From the NCBI GenBank assembly GCA_963765205.1, contig CAVXVB010000005.1, forward strand, positions 192,001-256,000: a stretch of DNA of 64,000 nucleotides. The letters are read 5' to 3'. Positions 1-9,551 of the stretch are shown one piece after another. This DNA is from an uncultured Verrucomicrobiae bacterium (GTDB taxonomy: Bacteria; Verrucomicrobiota; Verrucomicrobiia; Opitutales; JABDGR01). The translations under genes were made by a program, and so were the position numbers. The notes under the pieces were generated by a model. The model made no database searches. It was not told the origin of the DNA and saw only the letters and a program-made list of their open reading frames with translations. Position 1 is the stretch's first letter, and the number at the start of each line of letters is the position of its first letter.

Positions 1-338
<338 letters not shown>

Positions 339-341
339 AGG

Positions 342-376
342 GAATGCTGAATGATGAATTCTGAATTATGAATTGA
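342..376. repeat. Degenerate 7-bp tandem repeat (GAATnnn x5)
   Basis: gaatgct gaatgat gaattct gaattat gaattga. Confidence 0.75.
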
Positions 377-422
377 AGAGCCCGCGAGCGCAAAGGTGAA
401 GCGCGCGGCAGATCCCTCGATA

Positions 423-1115
423 TCATGCTTTTGCTCCGGCCCATTTTTTGTATTCGGGCGGGTTGCCGGCATAGGGCGTGGGCGTTTCGACGGGGCGAAA
501 CAAATTTAACCGCGATAAAACTTCCGGGTGCTCGCGGAGGGAGGCGGGCAAAGGCCGGGCGTGGGGCGGGGCTTTGTGCCAGGCTTTGCGCGCGGGCAGG
601 TGGAAGAGCGCACCCGCCGGCAGGTCGTTTTCGCCAATTTCGCGCACCGGCCAGACGCCAACCTGCCCGCTATCGCTGTGGTTCACTTCGAGCACATGCC
701 AATGGCCCTGCCGCGCTTCGGTGAAAACCGCGAAAGGCGGCGGCGTTCCGTCGGCGAGGGCCAGCGCGGCGGCCAAGGGCAAACTCCCGCAAGCCAGAAC
801 GGGTTTCGTTTTTCCGCCAGTGCGCGCGGCGGCGTCCGTTTGCCAGCCGCGAATGGCCATCGCGGCCACCCGCAGGCCCAGCACCGACCCCGGCCCCTCG
901 ATATAAAGATAGCCGCCGAGTTTTTCCAAGGGCATCCGCGCCTCCGCCAGCACCGTTTGCGCGCCGGCAAAAACGGCTTCGAGCGCGGGGGCCTCGCTCT
1001 CGCGCCAGGCGAGCCAGCGCGCGTTTTGCCACACACCCGCGCGCGTTGTCACGCCGCTGGCGTCGAGCAGGAGCCATGAGCCTCGAACGTCGAACATTGA
1101 ACGTCCAACATCCAA
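423..1115 (-). CDS. tsaB: TsaB/YeaZ-like tRNA t6A biosynthesis protein (start uncertain, possibly 1097)
   Basis: N-terminal LLLDAS strand and GPGSVLGLRVA, similar to TsaB GPGSFTGLRIG; about 225 aa; next to alr. Confidence 0.75.
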   Translation of the reverse strand: MDVGRSMFDVRGSWLLLDASGVTTRAGVWQNARWLAWRESEAPALEAVFAGAQTVLAEARMPLEKLGGYLYIEGPGSVLGLRVAAMAIRGWQTDAAARTGGKTKPVLACGSLPLAAALALADGTPPPFAVFTEARQGHWHVLEVNHSDSGQVGVWPVREIGENDLPAGALFHLPARKAWHKAPPHARPLPASLREHPEVLSRLNLFRPVETPTPYAGNPPEYKKWAGAKA

Positions 1116-1118
1116 GTT
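1084..1118. repeat. Degenerate 7-bp tandem repeat overlapping the tsaB start
   Basis: cgaacgt cgaacat tgaacgt ccaacat ccaagtt. Confidence 0.75.
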
Positions 1119-1237
1119 AAACGCATAGCCTTCAAATGAAAAATTCCAATCACGAATGACGAAGAACGAAACAAAAGCCGCAACAGCCGGCTGAAGGCGG
1201 CTGGGAGGGCGAAAAGGCGAAACTCCACACTCGGCTC

Positions 1238-1585
1238 TTATTCAAACAAAGCTGGAGGCAAAACCTCGCCACAGTAGAGGCACGTGGGTTGGTAGCGCAG
1301 GGCCACCCGATGGCACTTGGGACACTGCCGCGGAGCTATACGCGCTTTGTGGTCGTCGAGCCGGCCGTCGGTCAGATCCACGGCCGAAACTTTCGCGACT
1401 AAATCCTGATCGGTGTAACCGTGTTTTTCCTTCAATAAATTCCACAAGCCTTCACAGACGAGGGCGAGATGGTTCACTTCGCGCTCCAAATGGTCAACCT
1501 TGATCTGCGCCTCGGCCGCCAAATGGGCGGTGGCCGTGTCTCGGGGGGCGATCAAAGCCTGGCCGGTGCGAATCGAGGGGAGCAT
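1238..1585 (-). CDS. Hypothetical protein with coiled coil and C-terminal zinc ribbon
   Basis: CPKC...CLYC motif; lies about 20 bp downstream of rpoN on the same strand. Confidence 0.8.
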   Translation of the reverse strand: MLPSIRTGQALIAPRDTATAHLAAEAQIKVDHLEREVNHLALVCEGLWNLLKEKHGYTDQDLVAKVSAVDLTDGRLDDHKARIAPRQCPKCHRVALRYQPTCLYCGEVLPPALFE

Positions 1586-1605
1586 AGGGGTGATGGGCTA
1601 AAAAT

Positions 1606-3069
1606 TCACGCATACCGCCGCCTTAAATTCGTCGGCAAAATGCCCAGTTCCTCGCGGTATTTGGCGACGGTGCGGCGGGCGATTTGCACCGCGTTTTCGC
1701 CGAGGATGGCGACGATGTCCTGGTCGCTGAAGGGCTTGGCCGGGTTTTCCTCGCCGACGATTTGCGCGATGCGGTCCTTGATGCTGGTGTTCGAGAGCGT
1801 CTCGCCGTTTTGCGCGGTGTAGCCGGGCGTGAAGAAGAACTTGAATTCGAACACGCCCCACGGCGTGGCGATGTATTTGTTGGCGATGGCGCGCGAGACG
1901 GTCGTCTCATGCACGCCGACGGCCTGGGCAACCTGGTTCATCGTCAGCGGGTGGAGCTTCGACACGCCATGCTCGAAAAAGTCCTTCTGCTGGGCGAGGA
2001 TTTCCCGCGTGATCCGTTCGATGGTCTGCTGGCGCTGCTCAATGGAACTGATGAGAAATTTCCCCGAGCGCATTTTCTCGGAAATGTATTCCTTTTCCTG
2101 CGGCGAGAGGTGGTTTTTTGCGAGCAATTCCTTATACGTCGAGCTGAGGCGCAGCCGCGGGATGTAATCGTGGTTGAGGGTGATGACCCAGCGGTCGCCG
2201 TCGCGCTCGACGCGCACGTCCGCCTCGACCACGCGGTTGGTGTCGTCGCCAAAGCGGCGGCCAGGCGCGGGGTTGAGGGTGGCGATTTCCTCGAGCGCCG
2301 CCTGCACTTCTTCGAGATCGGCGTTGACCTTGCGCGCGATTTCCGGGATGCGCCGACGCAACAGCAGCGGGTAATGGTGGCGCAGGATGTTCGCAGCGAG
2401 GCAGTCGCCCTGCCCGCGCATTTTCAATTGGAGGAGGAGCGATTCCTGCACGTTGGCCGCGCCGATGCCGGGCGGGTCGAAGGTCTTGAGCAGTTCCGAA
2501 GCCTCCTGCACGGTTTTGAGCGGCAGGCCGGACAGCAGCGCAATGTCCGAGAGGCTCGCGGTGAGGAAGCCTTGGTCGTTGAGGCTGCCGACGAGGTAAC
2601 GCAGCGCGTCGTGCCGGCTCTTTTCGCCATCGGCCAGGTCGGCCTGGCTCAAGAGATGTTCCGGCAGCGAGGTCTCGCTGACGAGCGAGTCAAAAAAGTG
2701 CTGGCGTCGCTCCGCGTCCTCGCGGGTATAGACATTCTGGCTGGCATTCTGCTGGAAGTGGTCGCGCCAGTCCTCGTCGAGTTTGCGCAAAATCTCGAAA
2801 TCGTTCTGGAAGCGCATCTCCTCGTTGGCGTCGGGCGTGTTGTCGGCTTCACCGGTGCGCTCGGTTTCGCGTTCCTCGGTCTGCTGTTCGAGGGAGACAC
2901 CCTCCATCGGCATTTCCTCGAGCAGCGGGTTGCTTTGCAATTCTTCGAGGATGGTGTGGCGCAGTTCGAGCGCCGGGGCCTGCAAAATCTTCAGGGACTG
3001 GCGCAGTTGGGGCGCCAGGACTTGGTTTTGCGTGAGCTTTTGGACTTGATGGAGGCCTTGATGTGCCAT
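1606..3069 (-). CDS. rpoN: RNA polymerase sigma-54 factor
   Basis: Gln/Leu-rich region I (QVLAPQLRQSLKILQ), VHETTVSRAI HTH, RpoN box ARRTVAKYRE; start taken at MAHQGLHQ. Confidence 0.97.
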   Translation of the reverse strand: MAHQGLHQVQKLTQNQVLAPQLRQSLKILQAPALELRHTILEELQSNPLLEEMPMEGVSLEQQTEERETERTGEADNTPDANEEMRFQNDFEILRKLDEDWRDHFQQNASQNVYTREDAERRQHFFDSLVSETSLPEHLLSQADLADGEKSRHDALRYLVGSLNDQGFLTASLSDIALLSGLPLKTVQEASELLKTFDPPGIGAANVQESLLLQLKMRGQGDCLAANILRHHYPLLLRRRIPEIARKVNADLEEVQAALEEIATLNPAPGRRFGDDTNRVVEADVRVERDGDRWVITLNHDYIPRLRLSSTYKELLAKNHLSPQEKEYISEKMRSGKFLISSIEQRQQTIERITREILAQQKDFFEHGVSKLHPLTMNQVAQAVGVHETTVSRAIANKYIATPWGVFEFKFFFTPGYTAQNGETLSNTSIKDRIAQIVGEENPAKPFSDQDIVAILGENAVQIARRTVAKYREELGILPTNLRRRYA

Positions 3070-3103
3070 GATACCCGTCGCTTTCCCGTCAAAACTTGAC
3101 GTT

Positions 3104-4081
3104 TTACTTGGAATTTTTATGCATCCAACGATGGCTGGCGGTGGCGCCGTGCGGCCCATGCAGGTCGCGCACATAATCGGCGAGTTTCTCATTGGTCGGG
3201 CCGTAACCCTCACTGTAAAGATAGACTTCCAGGGCGGTGAGCAGCTCGGCGGCGGATTGGTAGCGCTGCTCGCGCGGGCGGGCCAGCGCCTTGTGCATGA
3301 TCTCGTTGAGCTTCGCGTCCACCCCTTCGCGCATCTTGCTAAAGTCCGGCAGCGGCATGTGGAGGATGTTTTCGCGCGTGGCCTCGGGGCCTTCGCCCTC
3401 AAAAATGTTGCGCATGAAGAGCATCTCCGCCAGCACAATGCCGCAGCCGAAGAGGTCGGCGCGCGCGTCGGTCACTTCGCAGCGGGCCTGCTCGGGCGAG
3501 AGGTATTCGTCCTTGCCGGCGATGACCTCGCCTTCTTCATTATACATCAGGTCCAGGGCCTTCGCGATGCCGAAGTCGGTCAGCTTCACGTCCCCCTCGC
3601 TGGCGAGCATGATGTTCTTGGGGTTCACGTCGCGGTGGACGATGCCCAGCAGGCGCCCCTGGCTGTCGCGCTTTTGGTGGGCGTAGGCCAGCCCGCGGCA
3701 GACGCGCGAGACGATGAAGACGGCCAGCGAAACGGGAATCTTCTGGTGCGTCTCAAGGTGCTTGACGATGAATTCCTCGAGGTTTTTCCCGTTCACGTAT
3801 TCCATGACCATGTAATACTGGCCGCCGATGACGCCGAGGTGGTAGGTCTGGACGATGTTCGTGTGGATCAGGTCGGCCACCAACCGCGCCTCGCCGACGA
3901 AATTGCTGCGAAACTCGGGAATGGCCGAATACTCCTCGCGGATGAGCTTGATGGCCACCTGCTTGGTGAAATTGTCCGAGCCATGCTGGCGGCCCTCGAG
4001 CACCATGCCCATGCCGCCCTCCGCGATGGAACGGACCATCTCGTAGTGGATTTCGTTAAAAATGTTCTTTAACTTGTGCAC
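3104..4081 (-). CDS. Hanks-type Ser/Thr protein kinase, cytoplasmic, kinase domain only (GTG start inferred)
   Basis: EGGMG loop, [21 protein letters not shown]. Confidence 0.93.
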   Translation of the reverse strand: MHKLKNIFNEIHYEMVRSIAEGGMGMVLEGRQHGSDNFTKQVAIKLIREEYSAIPEFRSNFVGEARLVADLIHTNIVQTYHLGVIGGQYYMVMEYVNGKNLEEFIVKHLETHQKIPVSLAVFIVSRVCRGLAYAHQKRDSQGRLLGIVHRDVNPKNIMLASEGDVKLTDFGIAKALDLMYNEEGEVIAGKDEYLSPEQARCEVTDARADLFGCGIVLAEMLFMRNIFEGEGPEATRENILHMPLPDFSKMREGVDAKLNEIMHKALARPREQRYQSAAELLTALEVYLYSEGYGPTNEKLADYVRDLHGPHGATASHRWMHKNSK

Positions 4082-4178
4082 AGCGCGTTGAATCAAGCGG
4101 CTTCCCACCCCGACGGCAACCTTTTTTCGCAAATCTCGCACGATTCTTGCTGTGGGGTGTTTGCCAGTGCTGGGCAGA

Positions 4179-5371
4179 TTATGATTTGATCTTTTTGACC
4201 GCCGCGGTTGCGCGGCGGCGAGCTGCTGCATCCGCCGCCAAAACATCGTCGAGGTCGCGCAAGCGGGTCACCGGGAGGGTGTTGAGGGCCTGCTCGATGA
4301 TGCGTGGGATGTCGAGATAACTTACGCGGCGTTCCAGGAACGCGGCTACCGCGATTTCGTTGGCCGCATTGAACGTGGCGGGTGCCGCGCCCTCCGCCCG
4401 CAGCGCGGCATAGGCCAGACGCAGGCACGGAAAAAGATCAAGGTCGGCGGCCGGAAATCGAGGGCGAACTTTTGGGAAAAATCGAGGGTGGGCGCCACGC
4501 CCGCCGCCCGGCCGGGGTAGAGCAGGCTGTGCTGGATCGGAAACGTCATCGAGGGCGGCGACAACTGCGCGATGATCGAGCCGTCCACAAACTGCACCAT
4601 CGAATGCACGATGCTTTGCGGATGCACGACCACTTCGATGCGCTCCGCCGGCAAGCCAAACAGCCAGTGCGCCTCGATCACTTCGAGGCCCTTGTTCGCC
4701 ATCGTCGAGGAATCAACCGTCACCTTCGGTCCCATGTCCCAATTCGGATGTTTGAGCGCGGCCTCCGGCGTGACGGCGGCCATCTGCGCGCGCGTGTAAT
4801 CGCGGAACGGCCCGCCGGAGGCGGTCAGCAAAAGTTTCGCCACATCCTGCGGGCGTTCGCCGTCCAGGCATTGAAAAACCGCGTTGTGCTCGCTGTCCAG
4901 CGGCACGACCGCGACCCGGTGTTTCCTCGCCGCCGCCATCACGAATTGGCCCGCCAGCACCAAAATTTCCTTGTTGGCCAGCGCGATGTCCTTGCCCGCC
5001 TCGATGGCCGCCAGCGTGGGCTTGAGGCCCAGCGTGCCCACGACCGCCGCGACCACCATGTCGCCCGCCGGCAGGCGCGCGAGTTCCACCAGCCCGGCTG
5101 GCCCGACGTGGAGCGTGCGCCCCTTGAACATTCCGGCCTTCCGCGCGGCGCGCGCCGCCGCCTCGTCAAAGACGCCGACATGCGGCACATTGAATTCGCG
5201 CGCGATCTCGTCGAGTTTGGCGCAATTCGTCCGCCCCGCAATGGCCACGATTTCCAATTTGTCGGGATGCTTGCGCACGACCCGCAGCGTGCTGTCGCCG
5301 ATGGAGCCGGTCGCGCCGAGCAGCACAAGGCGCTTTTTGGGGGGGAATTTTGGGGATTTGGCGGAAGACAT
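4179..5371 (-). CDS. dxr: 1-deoxy-D-xylulose 5-phosphate reductoisomerase with one missing base near 4446
   Basis: [40 protein letters not shown]. After DFRPP the conserved tail (FPCLRLAY...[12 protein letters not shown]...) continues in another frame to TAA at 4179-4181. Confidence 0.93.
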
Positions 5372-5568
5372 GCGGGATGACGGCGGAGCGACGGTTTTGC
5401 CCGCAAAGTTACACTCCGGCCCATCCGCGGGCGAGCAGAAACATGCTCCCCGGTTTTCCGTTTTCCGCCAATTCGCCGTTTTCACCGCGGAGCAGTGAGG
5501 CAAGCATCAACCACCGCCACCCGGTGGTCCTGCGTCGGGCGGTCAGTTCGGATTTTCTGAGTTGCTGA

Positions 5569-7416
5569 TCAGTGGGGGTAATTCCTGGGGGTTGATGTCA
5601 CGAGTTTTTGTATGGCTGCGTCGCGCGCCGGCGACTCGGGCAGGGTTTGCAACCAGGCCGCTGCGCCATGCGGGAAGGTCCGCGCCCAATTGCTGCTCGC
5701 CACACTGGCACTCACGGCATCACTTACCCCTGGCTCGGTCACCTGGGCCATCAGAGCCGAGGCCAGGGCGGGATTCTTCGCCACCACGGTGGAAATCAGT
5801 TTGGCGACACTCTGGTCATAAGTCGCACCAGTGGCAACTTGGTCCAGCCACGCCAAGGTGGCCGTTGGATCGGTTTTGGTCATATTGACTGAAATATTTT
5901 GGATGGCCTGGCTCTGCGCGGAAGCGTCGGTCAGTTGATTCAGATATTGGGCGGCCAGATTGGGGTCTTGGCCACTGGCCTCCACCACCGCGGAATACAG
6001 CGCCGCGGGATTCGCCGGCTGAAGACCGCTGGCCCAAGTTAAAAGGGCTTGTGGGTCATAATTGGCCCAACCCGTAGCCACTCCGTCCAGGGCCTGCACT
6101 TGGTTCGGGCCGGGGGGTAAACCCAAGGCTGCTGTTGCGGCCAGTGGGGGAAAAGCAGGATTCGCCCCCGCCCAAGTCTGGAATGCGTTAAGGTAATAGG
6201 CTTGCGTCTGCTTTCCATCGGGAAGTTGGGCCAACGCCGCCAAGCCTTGCTGAGTTTGTGTCGCAAGCCACGCTCCATAGATCAGGCCGGTCGCATCATT
6301 GCGTGCCTTGGGGTCATCAATCAGCCCAACTTTGGAAAACGCCAGGCCGGGATCATTAAGCGCAAGCGCTTTAACTAGCAAACGAATCTGCAAATCGCGG
6401 TTGTCACTAGGCGGTGAATTGACAAACTTATCAAGTTGCTCCAACATCATCCCCACCACAGGGGGGTCGGTGGGTTTCGTTTCGAGCGCCGGCGCAATCT
6501 GGGCTTGGACAGGCAGCGGGGATATTTTTCCTGCACTGGAATTGCCACCGACTGCAACAACCGTTGCCGGGCGATTGGGCAGTTCGACGTTGGATGGCGT
6601 GAGTTTGGGGGCGGAAGCCGTTTTCTGATTGGCCGTGTCCGAAGTTTCATTCGTCTTTTGCAGACTGATAATTAGCGGAGCAGCCACAACGAGCATGACT
6701 GCTGTGACAACAAGTATTTTGGCTTGGGTGCTCATAAGTAGAATTTTGAGAAAAATGCTTTCCGCCGCGATCCCCGCACCCGCCAGTGAGACCCCGGCCA
6801 CATTCGCCGCCAATCCGGCGGGCGCCGCCTTCACCGAATTCGCTGTGATGGCTGTGGCCAGCATCGCTGACGACACCGTCACCCCCCGCCGCGCAAAATG
6901 CGCGCGCAGTTTTTCCAGCGCCCGGTCCACGCGCTTGCGCGCGGCGTCTTCGCTCACGCCGAGGGCGGAGCCGACTTCGCCGTGGTTTTTATTTTGGAAA
7001 AAGCGCAAGAGCACCGCCTCGCGGTCGGCGGCGTTGAGCGCGCACACGGCCTCGTCGAGCACGGGTTGCAGTGCGTCCCAATTGGGTTCGCGGGCGTGGG
7101 CGGTTTGGTTCATGGCGTAGGCCTCCTGTTCGCGGACGCGGCGGCGGTGCTCGTGGCGGCGGGTGTTGTTGGCGGTAAACCGGGCCGTGGTGTAGAGCCA
7201 CCCGGCAAGGCTGGCGCGGCGGGACAACGGACGGGCCTGCCGCGCCAATTCCGTAAAAACCCCCTGCGCAACATCCTGGGCCAACCCGGTGTCACCGCCC
7301 ACCTGCCGCCAGGCCGCTGAATAAACCAGATCCACGTAACGGCGAACCACCTCGGCGAAGGCGGCCTCATCGCCGTGCTCGGCATACTGGCGCAGTAAAT
7401 CGCAGTCGGGGATCAT
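5569..7416 (-). CDS. ECF sigma factor with transmembrane helix and C-terminal extracytoplasmic helical-repeat domain
   Basis: Sigma region 2 (AQDVAQGVF...LAGWLY), region 4 (REAVLLRFF...GVSEDAARKRVDRALEKLR), hydrophobic ILVVTAVMLVVAAPLIISL, then DPxAAxxW-type repeats. Confidence 0.9.
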   Translation of the reverse strand: MIPDCDLLRQYAEHGDEAAFAEVVRRYVDLVYSAAWRQVGGDTGLAQDVAQGVFTELARQARPLSRRASLAGWLYTTARFTANNTRRHEHRRRVREQEAYAMNQTAHAREPNWDALQPVLDEAVCALNAADREAVLLRFFQNKNHGEVGSALGVSEDAARKRVDRALEKLRAHFARRGVTVSSAMLATAITANSVKAAPAGLAANVAGVSLAGAGIAAESIFLKILLMSTQAKILVVTAVMLVVAAPLIISLQKTNETSDTANQKTASAPKLTPSNVELPNRPATVVAVGGNSSAGKISPLPVQAQIAPALETKPTDPPVVGMMLEQLDKFVNSPPSDNRDLQIRLLVKALALNDPGLAFSKVGLIDDPKARNDATGLIYGAWLATQTQQGLAALAQLPDGKQTQAYYLNAFQTWAGANPAFPPLAATAALGLPPGPNQVQALDGVATGWANYDPQALLTWASGLQPANPAALYSAVVEASGQDPNLAAQYLNQLTDASAQSQAIQNISVNMTKTDPTATLAWLDQVATGATYDQSVAKLISTVVAKNPALASALMAQVTEPGVSDAVSASVASSNWARTFPHGAAAWLQTLPESPARDAAIQKLVTSTPRNYPH

Positions 7417-7503
7417 GCGGGGATTATAATCATATCTATCCGCCGGAAGACAAACCGGACAAAAATAATTCACCGCCAAGCCGCGAAGGGCAGGAATCGG
7501 AGA

Positions 7504-7574
7504 ACCACCGATTACACGGATAACACGGATTTGGCTGAGCCCTTACCATCCGTGCTATCCGTGTAATCCGTGGT
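7504..7574. repeat. Hairpin built from three 9-bp units per arm (ACACGGATn / ATCCGTGnn)
   Basis: 27-bp arms at 7504-7530 and 7548-7574 are reverse complements with 2 mismatches. Confidence 0.9.
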
Positions 7575-7593
7575 AAAATTCGCTTCTTTACGC

Positions 7594-9516
7594 CTAATTC
7601 ACCGCCTGGGCCTTCTGAATGGTTTTCAGCAGATCCGCGCGCTGCTGGTCCGTCAGCGTGGCGGACTCGACGGCGCTGGTCGCGGCGGCGGCGTCTTTCT
7701 TGGCCCACTGGTTCACGACGTTGTTCAACTGATTTTGCTGCGTGGTCACGTCGCTGATGGAAGTCGCCCAGGTGAACGAGGCCGCGGGGTTGTTTGTGCT
7801 TTCCGACGAAATAATCTGGACGACCGCGCCGTCCCGCGCCGACCCGGCGGGCAGCGTGTCCACCCATTGGGACGCGGCGGTCGGATTTTGCTGCACCCAA
7901 TTGGCAGCCACAGCGGAGGCCGCGGCGTCCAGGACGATGCCCGCAGGCAGCGTGCCCAGCTGCGTAGCCGCCGAGGCGGGATCCTGCGCGCTCCAAGTGG
8001 ACAACACGGAACCTAGCGCCTTATCGCGGGTGTCGCCCGCGGGCAATCCCTGGGCCGCGGTCCAGGCCGCGGTGGGATCCGTCGTGGTGAGGTTGCTAAA
8101 AACGGTCGCCAGCGAATTGGTTTGCGCCGGGCCGGGCGGCAGCGCCTCCGCCCAAGCGAGCGCCGCCTGCGGATCAGCCGCCACCCATTGGCCCGCCAGT
8201 TGGTTCGCCACCGCGCTGAAATTGGGGTCGTTCTGCAGGTTTTGATTAATGTAGGCGGATGCGGCGACCGGGTCGTTCGCGTCCCATGCCTGCATGACGT
8301 TTATTAAGGCGTCGCCCCGGGCCTGCCCGTCGGAGGCCGGCAGCGCCTGCGCCCACGCCAGGGCACCGTTGAGGTCGCACTGCGCCCAGGCCGAGGCCAT
8401 TTGGCTAATGGCCCCGTCGCGGGTTGAGGCATCGGGCATTTGCGCGATGAACGCGACGGCGGCGGTGGGATTCGTTTCGTCCATTTGCGCAAGCACGTTC
8501 TGCACCGCGTCGTCGTAAGCCTGCCCGGTGGCCACGTTGCCGACCCACGCCAGGGCGGCGGCCGGGTCTTGTTGCGCCCAATTGCCCGCAATTTCGTTGA
8601 TCATTTCATTGCGGTTGTCTCCGTTGGGCAAGGTGGCAAAGAGGGCGGCGGCCGCGTTGGGGTCGTGCTGGGACAAGGGGTACAACGAATTGTCAATCGC
8701 ACCCGTGCGCGTTTCGCCGGGGGGCAGGCTGTTGGCGAAGGCCAGTGCGGCGGTTGGGTCTTCCTGCGCCCAGAAATAGGAAAGATTGTCCAGCGCCCAC
8801 TGCCGGGACTCGCTGACCGGCAAATTCAAGGCGGACGTGGAAGCCGCCACGGGATCCACGCCCGTCCAGTAAGCATAAATATAACTGAGCGCCATGCTGG
8901 ACTGTTGCCCGCTCGGCAGTTGCTTGAGCAAAGCCATGGCCCCTTGGGGATTGGACAAGCTCATAACACCCAAAATATTGTTTTCCACGTTGGCCTGCAC
9001 GCTGGCGTTGCCAATTTGTTTAAGCCCGGCAATCGCGCCCGCCGGGTCCTTGGCCGCCCAGGCTTGAAACAGGACGCGGTAATCGCCGTTGCGGTTGTCC
9101 TGCAGCTCTTTGGATTTGACCCAGGCCACGGCGTCGGTTGGGTCTTCGGCGGCCATGCGGGAAAGCAGCATATTCTTGAGTTGGTTCGTCGCATAGGTGG
9201 GGGGCATTTTCAGCAAGGCGTCCAGCGCGCCGCGAACTTCGCCGGGCTTCAGCCCGGCCACGTAGCGCAGCGTGTCGCGCACGATGTCCATTTGGTTGCG
9301 GCCTGCCCCCTTGAACAAGTCCGTCAACGTAATGTCGCCGCCGGGTGGGGCGGCGGTGGCTGCGGCCATCCGCGCCTCCAGCACGGTTTGGGACTTCTGC
9401 ATCGCGGCGATGTCATTGCGCAGCCGGCTGATCTTCCGCTGCTGGTAAATCATCGCCAGCATCCCCGCCAGAAAAAATCCGGCGGCCGTCAGCATGATTT
9501 TAATTTTTTCGGACAT
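7594..9516 (-). CDS. Membrane-anchored alpha-solenoid repeat protein, paralogue A
   Basis: N-terminal TM (IMLTAAGFFLAGMLAMI), coiled coil, about 16 repeats of ~31 aa (WAxxDPxAAxAWxxxLPxGxxRDxA). Confidence 0.88.
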   Translation of the reverse strand: MSEKIKIMLTAAGFFLAGMLAMIYQQRKISRLRNDIAAMQKSQTVLEARMAAATAAPPGGDITLTDLFKGAGRNQMDIVRDTLRYVAGLKPGEVRGALDALLKMPPTYATNQLKNMLLSRMAAEDPTDAVAWVKSKELQDNRNGDYRVLFQAWAAKDPAGAIAGLKQIGNASVQANVENNILGVMSLSNPQGAMALLKQLPSGQQSSMALSYIYAYWTGVDPVAASTSALNLPVSESRQWALDNLSYFWAQEDPTAALAFANSLPPGETRTGAIDNSLYPLSQHDPNAAAALFATLPNGDNRNEMINEIAGNWAQQDPAAALAWVGNVATGQAYDDAVQNVLAQMDETNPTAAVAFIAQMPDASTRDGAISQMASAWAQCDLNGALAWAQALPASDGQARGDALINVMQAWDANDPVAASAYINQNLQNDPNFSAVANQLAGQWVAADPQAALAWAEALPPGPAQTNSLATVFSNLTTTDPTAAWTAAQGLPAGDTRDKALGSVLSTWSAQDPASAATQLGTLPAGIVLDAAASAVAANWVQQNPTAASQWVDTLPAGSARDGAVVQIISSESTNNPAASFTWATSISDVTTQQNQLNNVVNQWAKKDAAAATSAVESATLTDQQRADLLKTIQKAQAVN

Positions 9517-9551
9517 GGATGAATGGATAAAATGACCGTTAAGGTTTATTT

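Noticed and set aside
3070..3438. N-terminal extensions in the ORF track for rpoN (likewise 9517-10023 and 46835-47425)
   Set aside because: They overlap upstream genes in another frame; downstream ATGs match the family N-termini.
4440..4455. Programmed ribosomal frameshifting in dxr or dapF
   Set aside because: No slippery heptamer at the shift sites and no precedent known to me; sequencing error is the simpler explanation.
7504..7574. Short repeat arrays as possible CRISPR arrays
   Set aside because: Units are 7-9 bp and contiguous with no unique spacers, and there are no cas genes in the window.
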